A DNA stretch of 56,982 nt. It comes from an uncultured bacterium. Lineage in GTDB: Bacteria > CSSED10-310 > CAZUFC01. The DNA lies in NCBI GenBank assembly GCA_964619725.1, contig CAZUFC010000047.1, forward strand, positions 1 through 56,982, written 5' to 3'. Of this stretch, positions 56,222-56,982 are shown one piece after another (the first letter of the stretch is position 1; each line of letters begins with the position of its first letter). A program made the position numbers and the translations under genes. The notes under the pieces were generated by a model. It was not told where the DNA came from. It saw only the letters and a program-made list of their open reading frames with translations, and did not search any database.

Positions 56222-56933
56222 TCTGTTCCCCTCAAAACTTTTTAATAATGATCCCGTGCTGAACTTGAACGCATGATTCACTCATATAAAATTTCCTAAA
56301 GTACAGAACTCTTGCAGTTTGATCGGTCACATTTTCCGCAACATCGCCTGCCTTATATTCCATCTCAAAAAAAAAGTCAGTTTTGCCGACCTCCGAAAAG
56401 CGGAGACTTTTCAAAAAATCTCCACAGCACCGTTATGTTCTCTTGATTGAATTTCACTCCTCCATTCCCGTCCGGCGAGAATCTTTTAAAAAATATCCTC
56501 TTTCAATCTTCATTTCAAATCGCCTGAAATGCTTAAATATTCGAACCGTTCAGATAAGCCCGAAAAAAATAATATTAATCCCCCTATCACGCATTTCTTA
56601 CAGGGATTTACGAAAGCAGAACCCATTGATTTTAAATACTTTTTAGGCGACCCCAAATGGCTTTTACCTAATTCTTGTTAACCCATTGAAATAATTAAAC
56701 TTTTCATGTCGTCTGGTCGGATTTTTCCCACATTCTCGATAGATTTCAAGCCTCCAAAATGGGGAGTTAGGAAGGTTCGGCTGTTTGAGATATGGACGCT
56801 GTTATCACAAATGCTCTTACTCGATTTTCGATATAGTTGCAATACGCCGGCGCTCTTCAACTTGAGGGATATGAATAATAAGACAGTACAGTTCTAAACC
56901 GATCCGGCGATCAAAAGTTATGCGTGCCCCCCC

Positions 56934-56982
56934 TAACCCGGATTTCTCATACAAAATCGTAGTGAGAGCGTTCAGATTCCCG
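56934..56982. repeat. Palindromic MITE/REP-like element, copy 2 (cut by window end)
   Basis: TAACCCGGATTTCTCATACAAAATCGTAGTGAGAGCGTTCAGATTCCCG matches the reverse complement of 23424-23472 at 40/49 positions, ungapped, by manual count. Confidence 0.7.

Noticed and set aside
56550-56982. CRISPR leader or array
   Set aside because: No regularly spaced 25-40-bp repeats and no cas genes in the window.

Overview
A 57-kb gene-dense bacterial chromosomal window using the standard genetic code. I found no rRNA, tRNA, CRISPR array, integrase or transposase. Housekeeping and metabolic genes include asd, an orphan leuC/leuD-like (homoaconitase-type) pair, murF, a PHP histidinol phosphatase, tldD/tldE, an orphan xanthine-dehydrogenase Mo subunit and a Mesh1-like HD hydrolase. 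There is a maltodextrin uptake locus (binding protein, two permeases, secreted GH13 amylase, ATPase). Envelope genes include a GH5 mannanase with an IPTL-CTERM-like anchor, a triple lamin-tail-domain protein, two GT-C glycosyltransferases, a DUF1573-like lipoprotein and a heterodimeric ABC exporter. Signalling genes are abundant. The most unusual feature is a minus-strand cassette at 17.8-20.3 kb: an Xis/BldC-type HTH plus receiver regulator, three tandem ~90-aa proteins that look like isolated histidine-kinase DHp (HisKA) domains (two keep the phosphoacceptor His, one has Arg), and a stand-alone HD-GYP phosphodiesterase. Also seen are a Ser/Thr kinase relic absent from the ORF track, a kinase-NTPase-TPR gene next to a GAF-sigma54 activator, a J-like domain lacking HPD, a clean sigma54 promoter in front of an unknown secreted protein, and several decayed palindromic intergenic elements, one with a second copy at the window end. 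All assignments come from motif recognition by eye; no searches were run.
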